Source of the DNA: Eubacteriales bacterium
Lineage (GTDB): Bacteria; Bacillota; Clostridia; Oscillospirales; CAG-272
NCBI GenBank assembly: GCA_045578685.1
Contig: JAZNKU010000244.1
Location: forward strand, 1 to 32,885
DNA: 32,885 nucleotides
Direction: 5' to 3'
Position numbers and translations under genes: made by a program. Shown piece after piece: positions 23,888-32,861 of this stretch; position 1 is the stretch's first letter, and the number at the start of each line of letters is the position of its first letter. The notes below the pieces were generated by a model, which had not been told where the DNA came from, did not search any database, and saw only the letters and a program-made list of their open reading frames with translations.

Positions 23888-24592
23888 TCAGTCCAGATAA
23901 AATTCTTTAAGATCATCTAAGCGTAGCATCGCCGTACCGTTGCCGTATACCGATCCGATATCGATATCTATCCATGTGGGACGGTGGAGTATCTTACCTT
24001 TGAATTCCTTTCCGTAGAACAGGGTAGGAGTATGACCGAATACCGTAGTTATATCCTCAAAGTATTCGTCATCATATTCAGGCCATGCCCAGAGAAGCTC
24101 ATCGGCGGTATAGTCACAGAGCTTTTTGTTTTTATCGAAGTTTTTAAGTCCTGAGTGAACAAGGATAAAATCCTTATTTCCTGCCGTTACGGTTTCATAG
24201 AGAGGACAATCCCTTAAATAATCAAGTATGTCAAGTACCGTATTTTTGTCAAGATTATTTAAAGCTTTCAGGGTCACATCTCCGCCGTTTTCTCTGTAAG
24301 TGTCAAGGAGGGATATTTTTTCACTGTTAAGCGCAGAAATGCTTTCTTCTGTTATCTCCTCAAAAAGAAAGCGGCAGGAGAGCAGCATGGCCTCGTGGTT
24401 GCCTAATATAAGCTGTGCGTTGGGTGCGGTCATGAGCCAGCGTAGTACCTCCACGCCTCCGTCTCCACGACGGTCGATGACGTCGCCTAAAATATAGAGA
24501 AAATCATTTTCGCAAAAATCGGCTTTATCAAGTAAAGTCTTTAAACCCTTAAGACTTAATCCGTGAAGATCGGACATTACGTATACAGACAT
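23888..24592 (-). CDS. Metallophosphoesterase (Ser/Thr phosphatase / ApaH-like)
   Basis: Motifs DLHG, GDVIDRG, GNHE and GHT in canonical order. Confidence 0.85.
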   Translation of the reverse strand: MSVYVMSDLHGLSLKGLKTLLDKADFCENDFLYILGDVIDRRGDGGVEVLRWLMTAPNAQLILGNHEAMLLSCRFLFEEITEESISALNSEKISLLDTYRENGGDVTLKALNNLDKNTVLDILDYLRDCPLYETVTAGNKDFILVHSGLKNFDKNKKLCDYTADELLWAWPEYDDEYFEDITTVFGHTPTLFYGKEFKGKILHRPTWIDIDIGSVYGNGTAMLRLDDLKEFYLD

Positions 24593-24643
24593 AAGATCAC
24601 CTCATATATATTATACCATATTTCGGGGTAAAAAACAATTATA

Positions 24644-24672
24644 TTGATTTTATAGCATAATTATGCTACAAT
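24644..24672 (+). promoter_or_regulatory. Promoter with embedded 16-bp perfect palindrome (candidate operator)
   Basis: TTGATT (24644-24649), 17-nt spacer, TACAAT (24667-24672). TAGCATAATTATGCTA at 24653-24668 is a perfect palindrome spanning the spacer and the -10. Confidence 0.55.
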
Positions 24673-24701
24673 AAAGTATATTAAACTTATAAGGTGAAAC
24701 G

Positions 24702-25967
24702 ATGGAGAAGCAGACATACGAAACTTATATTAAGATCTTAGAGTCCGAGCTTATTCCCGCCATGGGCTGTACCGAGCCTATAGCTATAGCTCTTACCGCC
24801 GCAAAGGCAAAGGCTTGCATCGACGAAAGCGTGACCGAGGTAGAGGTAGCTGTCAGCGGTAATATCATCAAGAATGTCAAGAGCGTTATGGTGCCCAATA
24901 CCGGAGGACTGCGAGGCATTCCTGCGGCAACTGCGGCGGGTGTCATAGCAGGCAATCCTTCAAAGGAGCTTGAGCTTCTTCAGGGAATAAAGGACGAGGA
25001 TAAAAAGGCAATTGCTGATTTTATAGAAAAAACTCCTATTACTGTAAGGGAGGCGGTGACAGACCGTGTCCTTGATATTGCTGTTACCCTTAAAAGTAAA
25101 AATCACACAGCCTATGCCCGCACCGTACAGCATCACACAGGACTTTGTCTTGTTACTCTTGACGGCAAGACCGTATTTGAAAAGGATATTGAGGAAACTG
25201 TAGGTGATATAGACCACTCTGTTCTGACCGTCAAGGATATAATTAATTTTGCCGAGACGGTAGATCTTGAGCGGGTCAAGCCCACGCTCGACAGACAGAT
25301 AGAATATAATACCGCTATTGCTAAAGAGGGTCTCAAGGGTAAATACGGTGCCGCTATCGGAAGAACTCTGCTTATGTCCTACGGCAACACCGTGTACAAC
25401 CGTGCAAAAGCTTGGGCGGCGGCAGGCTCGGATGCCCGTATGAACGGCTGCGAGATGCCTGTTGTTATAAACTCGGGCAGCGGAAATCAGGGTATGACAG
25501 CATCACTTCCCGTTATCGTATATGCAAAAGAGTTGGGAGTTTCAGACGAAGAACTTTACAGAGCTTTGCTTGTTTCCAACCTTACTACAATACATTTAAA
25601 GACAGGTATCGGCTGTCTGTCCGCTTACTGCGGTGCTATATCCGCAGGCTGCGGAGCGGGTGCAGGTATCATGTACCTATACGGCGGCAGATTTAACGAG
25701 ATATCCCATACCATAGTAAACGCTCTTGCCATAAACTCGGGTGTAGTATGCGACGGAGCCAAGGCAAGCTGCGCCGCTAAGATAGCCTCTGCCGTTGAGG
25801 CGGGACTTCTCGGTATGCAGATGTATATGCACGGCAAGGAGTTCTACAGCGGTGACGGTATCGTTGCGGGCGGCGTTGAGGCTACCATACAGAACGTAGG
25901 TCAGCTTGCCCAGAGCGGTATGGCGGAAACAGACCGTGAGATTATAAAAATAATGCTGCAGGAATAA
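24702..25967 (+). CDS. UPF0597 / YhaM(CyuA)-like L-cysteine desulfidase family protein (serine dehydratase alpha-like)
   Basis: N-terminal LIPAMGCTEPIAIALTAAKA, with later SGSGNQG and CDGAKASCA motifs typical of this family. ~420 aa. Confidence 0.75.
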   Translation: MEKQTYETYIKILESELIPAMGCTEPIAIALTAAKAKACIDESVTEVEVAVSGNIIKNVKSVMVPNTGGLRGIPAATAAGVIAGNPSKELELLQGIKDEDKKAIADFIEKTPITVREAVTDRVLDIAVTLKSKNHTAYARTVQHHTGLCLVTLDGKTVFEKDIEETVGDIDHSVLTVKDIINFAETVDLERVKPTLDRQIEYNTAIAKEGLKGKYGAAIGRTLLMSYGNTVYNRAKAWAAAGSDARMNGCEMPVVINSGSGNQGMTASLPVIVYAKELGVSDEELYRALLVSNLTTIHLKTGIGCLSAYCGAISAGCGAGAGIMYLYGGRFNEISHTIVNALAINSGVVCDGAKASCAAKIASAVEAGLLGMQMYMHGKEFYSGDGIVAGGVEATIQNVGQLAQSGMAETDREIIKIMLQE

Positions 25968-26037
25968 TTCCTGCACTTAAAATCGGGTGAGATTTGGCTA
26001 AAATCCTTTGTTATCACACGAGGGTGAGGAGAAATAT

Positions 26038-27561
26038 ATGAAAACCTATCTTGGCGTAGAACTTGGATCTACAAGAATTAAGGCTATTGCAATAGACGAA
26101 AAATATAATCCTGTATCTCAGGGTGATTATACCTGGGCATCAAGCTATGAAAATGGAATCTGGACATATGAGCTTGACGAAGCCCGCCGCGGTCTTATCG
26201 AAGCGATAAAGGGTATTGACAACCGTGAGGATATCCTCTGTGCGGGTATCTCGGGTATGATGCACGGCTATCTTGCCTTTGACGAGGACTGGAATCTTCT
26301 GGTCCCCTTCCGTACCTGGCAGAACACCATTACGGCAGAAGCGGCGGCAGAGTTGACCGAGCTTTTCGGCTTTAACGTTCCTCAGCGCTGGAGCATTGCT
26401 CACCTTTGGCAGGCTGTTCTTAACGGTGAAGAACATTTACCCAAGCTTGCACATATAACCACCCTTTCCGGTTATATCCACTATATGCTTACAGGTGTCA
26501 ATGCCGTTGGTATATGCGAGGCTTCGGGTATTTTCCCCATTGACTCGGATAAGTGTTGCTACGATAAGGCAATGGTCGATAAGTTTGACAAGCTTTTAAA
26601 GGACAAGGGTATAGAAAAGAGTGTTATAGATCTTATGCCCGCGGTTCTCACCGCAGGTGAGGATGCAGGCTCTCTTACCGAGAGCGGAGCTGCGTTTATA
26701 GACAATCTTCTTCCCGTGGGAATCCCCTTTGCACCTCCCGAGGGTGACGGCGGTACGGGTATGACTGCTACAAACTCGGTATCTGTAGGCACGGGCAACG
26801 TGTCTGCCGGAACCTCCATATTCTCTATGGTGGTACTTGATAAATATCTCGAAAACGTATATGAAGAAATAGACCTTATCACTACCCCTGCGGGCAAGCC
26901 CGTAGCTATGGTGCACTGCAACAACTGTACTACAGATACCAACAATTGGGTGTCTCTTTTTGAGGAGGCGGCAGGATTGTTCGGTGCAGCTCCCACAAAG
27001 GGTGAGCTTTATACAAAGCTTTACGAAAAATCCCTTGAGGGGGATGCCGACTGCGGCGGTATAATGGTATGTAACTACCTTGCAGGCGAGGGTGTTACCC
27101 ATATGGATAAGGGCAGACCCATGGTTCTGCGTACACCCGAGTCAAGCTTTACACTTGCAAACTTCTTCCGTGCCTCTCTTTATTCCACCATGGCGACTCT
27201 TAAGTTAGGTATGGAGATTCTTGAAAAAGAAAAGGTTGAGATAAAGTCGATGACCGGACACGGCGGACTTTTCAAAACTCCCGTTGTCGGTCAAAGGTAT
27301 ATGGCGGCGGCGATAGGCGCTCCCATAACCTGCACCGAGACCGCAGGCGAGGGCGGAGCATACGGTATTGCACTGCTTGCGGCTTACCGTTATGACAAGG
27401 GAGATATGACCCTTGGTGACTATCTGTCAGATAAGGTCTTTGCCGAGGCAAAGAGCACTACTCTTGCTCCCGACGAGGCGGATGTTGCGGGCTTCAACGC
27501 ATATATGGACAATTACAAAAAGCTTCTCAAGGTTGAAGAAAAGGCAATAGAGGTAATATAA
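26038..27561 (+). CDS. FGGY-family sugar (pentulose) kinase, likely ribulokinase given araD coupling
   Basis: N-terminal [13 protein letters not shown] (ASKHA phosphate-1 motif) and C-terminal [15 protein letters not shown] motifs. GAGGAGA RBS before ATG 26038. The stop overlaps the araD start. Confidence 0.75.
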   Translation: MKTYLGVELGSTRIKAIAIDEKYNPVSQGDYTWASSYENGIWTYELDEARRGLIEAIKGIDNREDILCAGISGMMHGYLAFDEDWNLLVPFRTWQNTITAEAAAELTELFGFNVPQRWSIAHLWQAVLNGEEHLPKLAHITTLSGYIHYMLTGVNAVGICEASGIFPIDSDKCCYDKAMVDKFDKLLKDKGIEKSVIDLMPAVLTAGEDAGSLTESGAAFIDNLLPVGIPFAPPEGDGGTGMTATNSVSVGTGNVSAGTSIFSMVVLDKYLENVYEEIDLITTPAGKPVAMVHCNNCTTDTNNWVSLFEEAAGLFGAAPTKGELYTKLYEKSLEGDADCGGIMVCNYLAGEGVTHMDKGRPMVLRTPESSFTLANFFRASLYSTMATLKLGMEILEKEKVEIKSMTGHGGLFKTPVVGQRYMAAAIGAPITCTETAGEGGAYGIALLAAYRYDKGDMTLGDYLSDKVFAEAKSTTLAPDEADVAGFNAYMDNYKKLLKVEEKAIEVI

Positions 27562-28256
27562 TGTTAGAGAACTTAAAGCAGAAGGTTTTTGAAGCCAATA
27601 TGGCTTTGCCCCGATACGGTCTTGTGACCTTTACCTGGGGAAACGTATCCGCGATTGACCGCGAAAAGGGACTGGTTGTGATAAAGCCCAGCGGAGTGGA
27701 ATATGACACCATGACAGCCGATGATATGGTGGTCATCGACCTTGAGGGAAATATTGTGGAGGGCAGGTATAAGCCTTCGTCCGACACGCCCACACATCTT
27801 GTATTATATAAGGCATTTCAGAATATCGGCGGAATAGTACACACCCATTCCCGCAACGCTACCTCCTGGGCACAGGCGGGCAGATACATTCCCGCTTATG
27901 GTACTACCCACGGAGATTATTTCTACGGAGCTATCCCCTGTACCCGTAAGATGACCCCTGAAGAAATAGCGGGTGAGTACGAAGCCGAAACAGGAAACGT
28001 TATAGTAGAACGCTTTAAAGAGCTGTCTCCCGATGATATCCCCGCAGTCCTTGTAAACAGCCACGGTCCCTTCACTTGGGGCAAGGATGCGGATAATGCG
28101 GTACATAACGCGGTAGTCCTCGAGGAGCTTGCTCTTATGGCAATGCAGACCGAGGCTCTTAACCCAAATGTTGCAGTAATGCAACAGGAGCTATTAGATA
28201 AGCATTATCTGCGTAAGCACGGAAAAAACGCTTATTACGGTCAGGCAGGGTCATGA
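27561..28256 (+). CDS. araD: L-ribulose-5-phosphate 4-epimerase
   Basis: Class II aldolase/epimerase motifs: [42 protein letters not shown]. 231 aa. Confidence 0.9.
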   Translation: MLENLKQKVFEANMALPRYGLVTFTWGNVSAIDREKGLVVIKPSGVEYDTMTADDMVVIDLEGNIVEGRYKPSSDTPTHLVLYKAFQNIGGIVHTHSRNATSWAQAGRYIPAYGTTHGDYFYGAIPCTRKMTPEEIAGEYEAETGNVIVERFKELSPDDIPAVLVNSHGPFTWGKDADNAVHNAVVLEELALMAMQTEALNPNVAVMQQELLDKHYLRKHGKNAYYGQAGS

Positions 28257-28330
28257 CCCTGCACCCACTAATCGGATGATGCTCAGTTAAACCTGTATAT
28301 GCTCACACGAGGGAAATGTAAATAGTAACA

Positions 28331-28366
28331 GCGGAGTGAATTTTTTCACCCCGCTTATTCTTTTTT
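28331..28366 (+). terminator. Intrinsic terminator of the kinase-araD operon
   Basis: GCGGAGTGAA (28331-28340), loop TTTT, TTCACCCCGC (28345-28354) with one mismatch, then TTATTCTTTTTT. Confidence 0.75.
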
Positions 28367-28459
28367 ATTGTTATTTTTTAATATTCGGACCAATCCCGCC
28401 GTCCGATACGATTATAAGGCGTAAGGAAAATAATATAAAAATGTAAAGGAAATAAAACT

Positions 28460-29404
28460 ATGTTAAAAGATATCTGTTCATTCATTGACTCTGATGATGT
28501 GCGTAACCATCTGGAAACTATAGGCTATGAGCCCACCCCCGCCGAAGCGGCAGGTATTATCTATTCCTCGGACTTACGCTGCCTTGCTGATAAGCAAGCG
28601 GCTATGAGAGAATTGCTTGAAAGTACAGAGGACACTCCTATAGAGGGATACATATACACGTTGCATCAGCTGATAGAGGATCAGCTATCGGCCGAGGATA
28701 TCTGTGCCGAGGAGTTTTTCCGCGACGATGATTCGGAGGATATACTGTATATGTGCAGAAAAGATAGTTGGGATTTCGCCCACGAAAAAACTTTAAAAGC
28801 TTGTTTTGATAAGATAAAACACTATCATATGTCCTCGGATATCTGTAAGATATTTAAGATAGATCTTAAGGATGCCAAGCACCATTATCCCTACGTAGAA
28901 GTAAAGAACGGAGAAATAATGAGTATCGAGGATAACAGAACGATAAAGTTCAGGGATATATTTAAATCCTTATATAAGGATCTGCCTCTTCCCTTTAAAT
29001 CGGGAGATATACTGTATTTCAAAAATCCGGCAGGACATCCCGATCCCTTCGTTTATATAGGCAAGAGGACCGAGCCCCCCACCGAGGACAACTGCTTTAT
29101 AGAAGGCAATATGGAGATATACGATATAGACACCGAAGGATCCGTATATAAGACCTATTGCGAAGATTTTATCAAGGCATGCAGGTATAAAGGTTCGCTT
29201 AATAACACCAAAGCTCTACTTCGTCCCCTGAGTGCATTTATAAATAATGAGATAGATATCATACTATACACCAACGCTTGCCATATCATTCTCGACCGTG
29301 CAAGAGCTAAACAAGCATCAAAAACGGTTAATTTATCGAAATATACAGACGAACAATTAGAAAGTGCCGGATTGAGCGATATGGTTTCGTTTTTTAATTG
29401 TTGA
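28460..29404 (+). CDS. Hypothetical protein (314 aa), no recognisable domain
   Basis: Long ORF with an AAAGGAAA RBS-like element upstream. Acidic and soluble-looking. AT-rich codon usage differs from the flanking core genes. Confidence 0.6.
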   Translation: MLKDICSFIDSDDVRNHLETIGYEPTPAEAAGIIYSSDLRCLADKQAAMRELLESTEDTPIEGYIYTLHQLIEDQLSAEDICAEEFFRDDDSEDILYMCRKDSWDFAHEKTLKACFDKIKHYHMSSDICKIFKIDLKDAKHHYPYVEVKNGEIMSIEDNRTIKFRDIFKSLYKDLPLPFKSGDILYFKNPAGHPDPFVYIGKRTEPPTEDNCFIEGNMEIYDIDTEGSVYKTYCEDFIKACRYKGSLNNTKALLRPLSAFINNEIDIILYTNACHIILDRARAKQASKTVNLSKYTDEQLESAGLSDMVSFFNC

Positions 29405-29430
29405 CAGATGGTTAACCAAAGTGGTACAAT
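29401..29430 (+). promoter_or_regulatory. Strong sigma-A promoter (extended -10) for the 29487 gene
   Basis: TTGACA (29401-29406), 18-nt spacer ending in TGG, TACAAT (29425-29430). Confidence 0.55.
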
Positions 29431-29486
29431 CAAGATGATATATAACATACTTGTGCGATTGTGATTTAAAATTCGGAGGAATAAAA

Positions 29487-30179
29487 ATGCATAAAGGTGT
29501 ATTTATGGGCATAAATGCAGCAAAGCAAGACAAAAGAATATTGATCTTAGGCGAGTCGCATCATATAAGCAATGATCCGGAGAGCGAAAACCGAATCTTC
29601 GGAGTTCCTGCAAACTATACCACAACCGACGTTGTAGAAGAACATCTTGCGATGTGTAACAAAAATAGTCTTGAATTTTTTAAGAAAATCGGAAATTCCT
29701 TCGGATGTTCTATGGAAACAGCAGAGCAAAGATCCGTTTTTTGGAACAGAGTATGTTTCGGTAATTATATAGATGTGCTTTGTGGTGTCGGTGACGCTGC
29801 GGCAAAAAAATATCTCAATGAACAAGGCAAACGTCAGGAAATGAACGATGCTTTGTTTGATTTTATCAATGAAATGGGCATAGATGTTATCGTTTGCTTT
29901 GGCAGGCTTGTTTATGATAACCTTCCAAGCCTTAATAAAAAGCATAAAGCTTGCGAGGACATAGGCATAATAACAGAAGGGTTAAAGGTTGGCGGCAGAA
30001 GCGATTACATAAAGAAATGTATATATCTTCCCGATATCGATCATGCAAATACAAGCGTATTGCTAAAAAAAGAGCTTTCGGTATACAGCCTGAGGCATCC
30101 TTCGGGAAAAGGCGGTTTTCGTGCCGAAAACTATAGCGATGTATTGGCAAAGTTGCTGAAAGAATCTGATACCGTTTGA
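29487..30179 (+). CDS. Hypothetical protein with UDG-superfamily-like motifs (230 aa)
   Basis: GGAGGA RBS before ATG 29487. ILILGESHH near the N-terminus, a central DVIVCFGRLVY strand and LRHPSGKGGF near the C-terminus resemble the order of UDG motif A (G-x-x-P/H), the core strand and motif B (HPS). This rests on motif-level resemblance only. Confidence 0.55.
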   Translation: MHKGVFMGINAAKQDKRILILGESHHISNDPESENRIFGVPANYTTTDVVEEHLAMCNKNSLEFFKKIGNSFGCSMETAEQRSVFWNRVCFGNYIDVLCGVGDAAAKKYLNEQGKRQEMNDALFDFINEMGIDVIVCFGRLVYDNLPSLNKKHKACEDIGIITEGLKVGGRSDYIKKCIYLPDIDHANTSVLLKKELSVYSLRHPSGKGGFRAENYSDVLAKLLKESDTV

Positions 30180-30221
30180 TAAAAACGAATAAATATATAA
30201 AACTCAAAAGGAGATGTTAAT

Positions 30222-30734
30222 ATGTCTGAAAATTCTAATAATAAGAAAATAATCGAAGAAAAATCTTCTTTGGCAGGTATGGTAAATCACCTCAAGATCA
30301 GCGGATTGACCGAAAAATGGAAAAAGCTATCGGATGCAGCTTCAAGCTATGAGCAAATGTCCGAAGAGGAACGCAAAAACACCTTTGATCCTGAACAATT
30401 TGAGAACCTTGTTTCTGATACGTATGATGTTCTTGCTCCGTATGCATTTGATAGTCAGGTTCCCAAGTATCTTTTGGATTTGTATACCTATATGCGATCT
30501 TTTTCAAAAAATGAGTATTTCAAAAAAACAAAAAACGGAGTATTTCAATTCCGCACGGCGATTGCGGAAGCACTATATCACTTGTTAGACCAAAGGTGTG
30601 AATTATCAGATGAAACGAGAGCTGTAGTATTTTATTTAGACGAAAACCAGTCCATCTCAGAAGCGGGTTATTATATCTATAATTTTGACACACTTTATTA
30701 TAAGTATATCGGTAAGGATAATCCTCTTGTATGA
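30222..30734 (+). CDS. Hypothetical protein (170 aa)
   Basis: AAGGAG RBS 8 nt upstream. No recognisable motif. Confidence 0.55.
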   Translation: MSENSNNKKIIEEKSSLAGMVNHLKISGLTEKWKKLSDAASSYEQMSEEERKNTFDPEQFENLVSDTYDVLAPYAFDSQVPKYLLDLYTYMRSFSKNEYFKKTKNGVFQFRTAIAEALYHLLDQRCELSDETRAVVFYLDENQSISEAGYYIYNFDTLYYKYIGKDNPLV

Positions 30735-30787
30735 AAAAATAACCGTATTTGTCCGATAATTACAAATATACGAAAGGCGGTAGACTT

Positions 30788-31201
30788 ATGACAGATCTTG
30801 AAATTGCAAAAGAAAGACACGCAGAATACATAAAGAGGCAGGAAGAATGGTTAAGAGCTATTGCAGAAGACTATGACTGCGATCTTGACGAAGACAGTAA
30901 GGATGGCTTGGAAGAACTTCTGAATATGATTCGCGAAGGAGATATGCAACTATCCGGGTTGGATGATCGCGACGGGTTGTATCTGGAAGATGTGCTTCGC
31001 TGTAACGATACATTGATTATGTCCCTTCAAAGCCTTTGTAATCCCGATAAAAAGGTACAGCATACCGGAAAAAGATATATTCAGTCGGTAATAAAAACCG
31101 CTCGCGCGATCAAAAGCTCCAGAGAAGAAGATATCAGAAAAGCGCAAGAGGTCATAAACGTTATGGATGAAATAATCTCTGTATGCGAAAAATATAATTG
31201 A
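30788..31201 (+). CDS. Hypothetical helical acidic protein (137 aa)
   Basis: AAAGGCGG RBS before ATG 30788. The ORF-track start at 30749 is a non-ATG upstream extension. No recognisable motif. Confidence 0.5.
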   Translation: MTDLEIAKERHAEYIKRQEEWLRAIAEDYDCDLDEDSKDGLEELLNMIREGDMQLSGLDDRDGLYLEDVLRCNDTLIMSLQSLCNPDKKVQHTGKRYIQSVIKTARAIKSSREEDIRKAQEVINVMDEIISVCEKYN

Positions 31202-31265
31202 TATCTGCTTACTAAAAGTATAAAACTCGTTTGTTGAAAAGAATAAGAAAGTGTATAAACGATAA

Positions 31266-31288
31266 AGCGGAGTGAATTTCACTCCGCT
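31266..31288. terminator. Bidirectional hairpin terminator containing the stop codon of the minus-strand gene
   Basis: AGCGGAGTGA (31266-31275), loop ATT, TCACTCCGCT (31279-31288). TCA at 31279-31281 is the stop of the 159-aa gene. Confidence 0.7.
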
Positions 31289-31758
31289 GTGTTTATATAC
31301 TGCTTGAATATTTCCACTGTTTCGGGAAGATATATTATCTTAAAGAGGTATTTTTTACCGTTTCTGAAAACGATATACCGTATACCCGATACACTTTCTC
31401 TGTATCCCTTAACTTTAAGTGATTTTCCGAGACATATCTCGGCAGACGTGATATCCGAAAATGAAAATACCTTTTCCTTCTTTATTCCGAAATAATAGTC
31501 TGCGGTATATATTTTGTCTCCGTTTATTTCGACGTAGGCTCTTTCCATATCCTTGATGAAAACCATTATTATTACTGTCATTATGACGGGGATAAGAAAA
31601 ATTGATATACCACCTGCAATGCTGTCGGCATAAAAAATACAGGCAAAAGCACCTAAACCAAAGATCCCGTATATTAAAACGGCATTAAATATAAACATAC
31701 CAATGATGAATTTGCTGTTTTTAGGTCTCGGAGTTCGGTCATGGGTATTTAATTTCAT
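31279..31758 (-). CDS. Small membrane protein (two N-terminal TM helices plus a ~80-aa soluble C-terminal domain)
   Basis: Hydrophobic stretches FIIGMFIFNAVLIYGIFGLGAFACIFY and ISIFLIPVIMTVIIMVFI. A plausible TGaTATAAT promoter and AAGGCGG RBS lie upstream on the minus strand. Confidence 0.6.
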   Translation of the reverse strand: MKLNTHDRTPRPKNSKFIIGMFIFNAVLIYGIFGLGAFACIFYADSIAGGISIFLIPVIMTVIIMVFIKDMERAYVEINGDKIYTADYYFGIKKEKVFSFSDITSAEICLGKSLKVKGYRESVSGIRYIVFRNGKKYLFKIIYLPETVEIFKQYINTAE

Positions 31759-31818
31759 TTATATCACCGCCTTTATTTTAATTATATCACTGTTTATAAT
31801 GAAAGTAAATATAAAAAA

Positions 31819-31839
31819 GCGGAGTGCATCGCACTCCGC
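31819..31839. terminator. Hairpin terminator after the 336-aa gene
   Basis: GCGGAGTGC (31819-31827), loop ATC, GCACTCCGC (31831-31839). T-tracts on both strands (AAAAAA upstream, CTTTT downstream). Confidence 0.75.
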
Positions 31840-31850
31840 CTTTTAACTTT

Positions 31851-32861
31851 TTATATGTTATTGATATTATAGCTTATCACAGGTCGGCAGCCCTCGCTTC
31901 CGTGGTAGGCGGTTTCGGTTTCTCCGTCAGGAAGTACCTTTATACCGTATACTCCTTCACCGTCGTCATAGAGATCGCGCAGTACCCACGTGTCGTTATC
32001 GTGGGATCCTCTGTCCTGCAAACGCTCGATATCCTTTGCCGGATCCTTTGATAACAGGGGCTTATATTTTTCATATTCCCTCAGCGAAAGGGGATATACA
32101 CTGCCACGGCCGACGACATAATCTACCCTCTGTTTTTCATTTTCGTCAAACATTATGTTGAATAGATAATTATTCATATAACGGTACATATATGTAGTTT
32201 CCCAGTCGGGTAGCCATATTATCTCTTCATCGTCCATTACGTCGGTTATTGCAAGGATATTTTTGCTGATAAGCAACAGGTGTCCACGTTCATTTGAAAG
32301 AACGGTCCATTCTATGGGTGTGAGGTTGTATTCGTTGTCCTGCAGGAACAATCCCAACTTTACCGTATCACCGATCTCTTTTTCCCTGAGCTCTTCTATG
32401 GGGGTGGATATTGAAGTCAGTGCTTTGAAGGCCTCTCTGTTAAAACGAGGAAATCTGTTTATCAAACATAATCTTCCCTCTGACTCTCTGCGCTGGGCTT
32501 TATCTATCTCCTCTTCGGTGTACCTGTTATAGGTATAATCGTGTAACCAACTCCAGAGTTCTTTTCTTTTCTCGTCAAGTGAGATATCTGCGTATGCATT
32601 GAATACTTCAATTGCATAGTTATCCGTCGTATCGATCATCATATTTTCAAAAGCGAATCCGTCATCTACGTACTGCTGACGAAAGTTTTCTCCGAAGCTG
32701 ACGAGCTTTTTCAAAAGCTCAAGATCTACGTCTTTGATTATCTCTCGGGCAATATCTATCTCGTTATCCCAGATGCTGACTTCTATGTCGTTTGAGTCTC
32801 CCTGCCAAATTTCTGTGTTTCTTAAATATTCCTTTTCTTTTTCATACGGTGAATACTTCAT
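31851..32861 (-). CDS. Hypothetical protein; C-terminal half resembles the DUF6273-type domain common in Firmicutes
   Basis: AAGGAG RBS upstream on the minus strand. GDTVKLG...PIEWTVLSNERGHLLLISKNIL, W..T.....YMNNYLFN..F...E, VYPLSLREYEKY, TWVLRD and GCRPVISYNI follow the pattern I associate with that family. The N-terminal half is unrecognised. Confidence 0.6.
   Translation of the reverse strand: MKYSPYEKEKEYLRNTEIWQGDSNDIEVSIWDNEIDIAREIIKDVDLELLKKLVSFGENFRQQYVDDGFAFENMMIDTTDNYAIEVFNAYADISLDEKRKELWSWLHDYTYNRYTEEEIDKAQRRESEGRLCLINRFPRFNREAFKALTSISTPIEELREKEIGDTVKLGLFLQDNEYNLTPIEWTVLSNERGHLLLISKNILAITDVMDDEEIIWLPDWETTYMYRYMNNYLFNIMFDENEKQRVDYVVGRGSVYPLSLREYEKYKPLLSKDPAKDIERLQDRGSHDNDTWVLRDLYDDGEGVYGIKVLPDGETETAYHGSEGCRPVISYNINNI

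Noticed and set aside
26014-28313. 11-mer TCACACGAGGG present both upstream of the kinase (26014-26024) and downstream of araD (28303-28313), as operon-bracketing sites
   Set aside because: For roughly 3 kb of intergenic sequence, about one identical same-strand 11-mer pair is expected by chance. The first copy also overlaps the RBS region. This is not enough to call a regulatory site.
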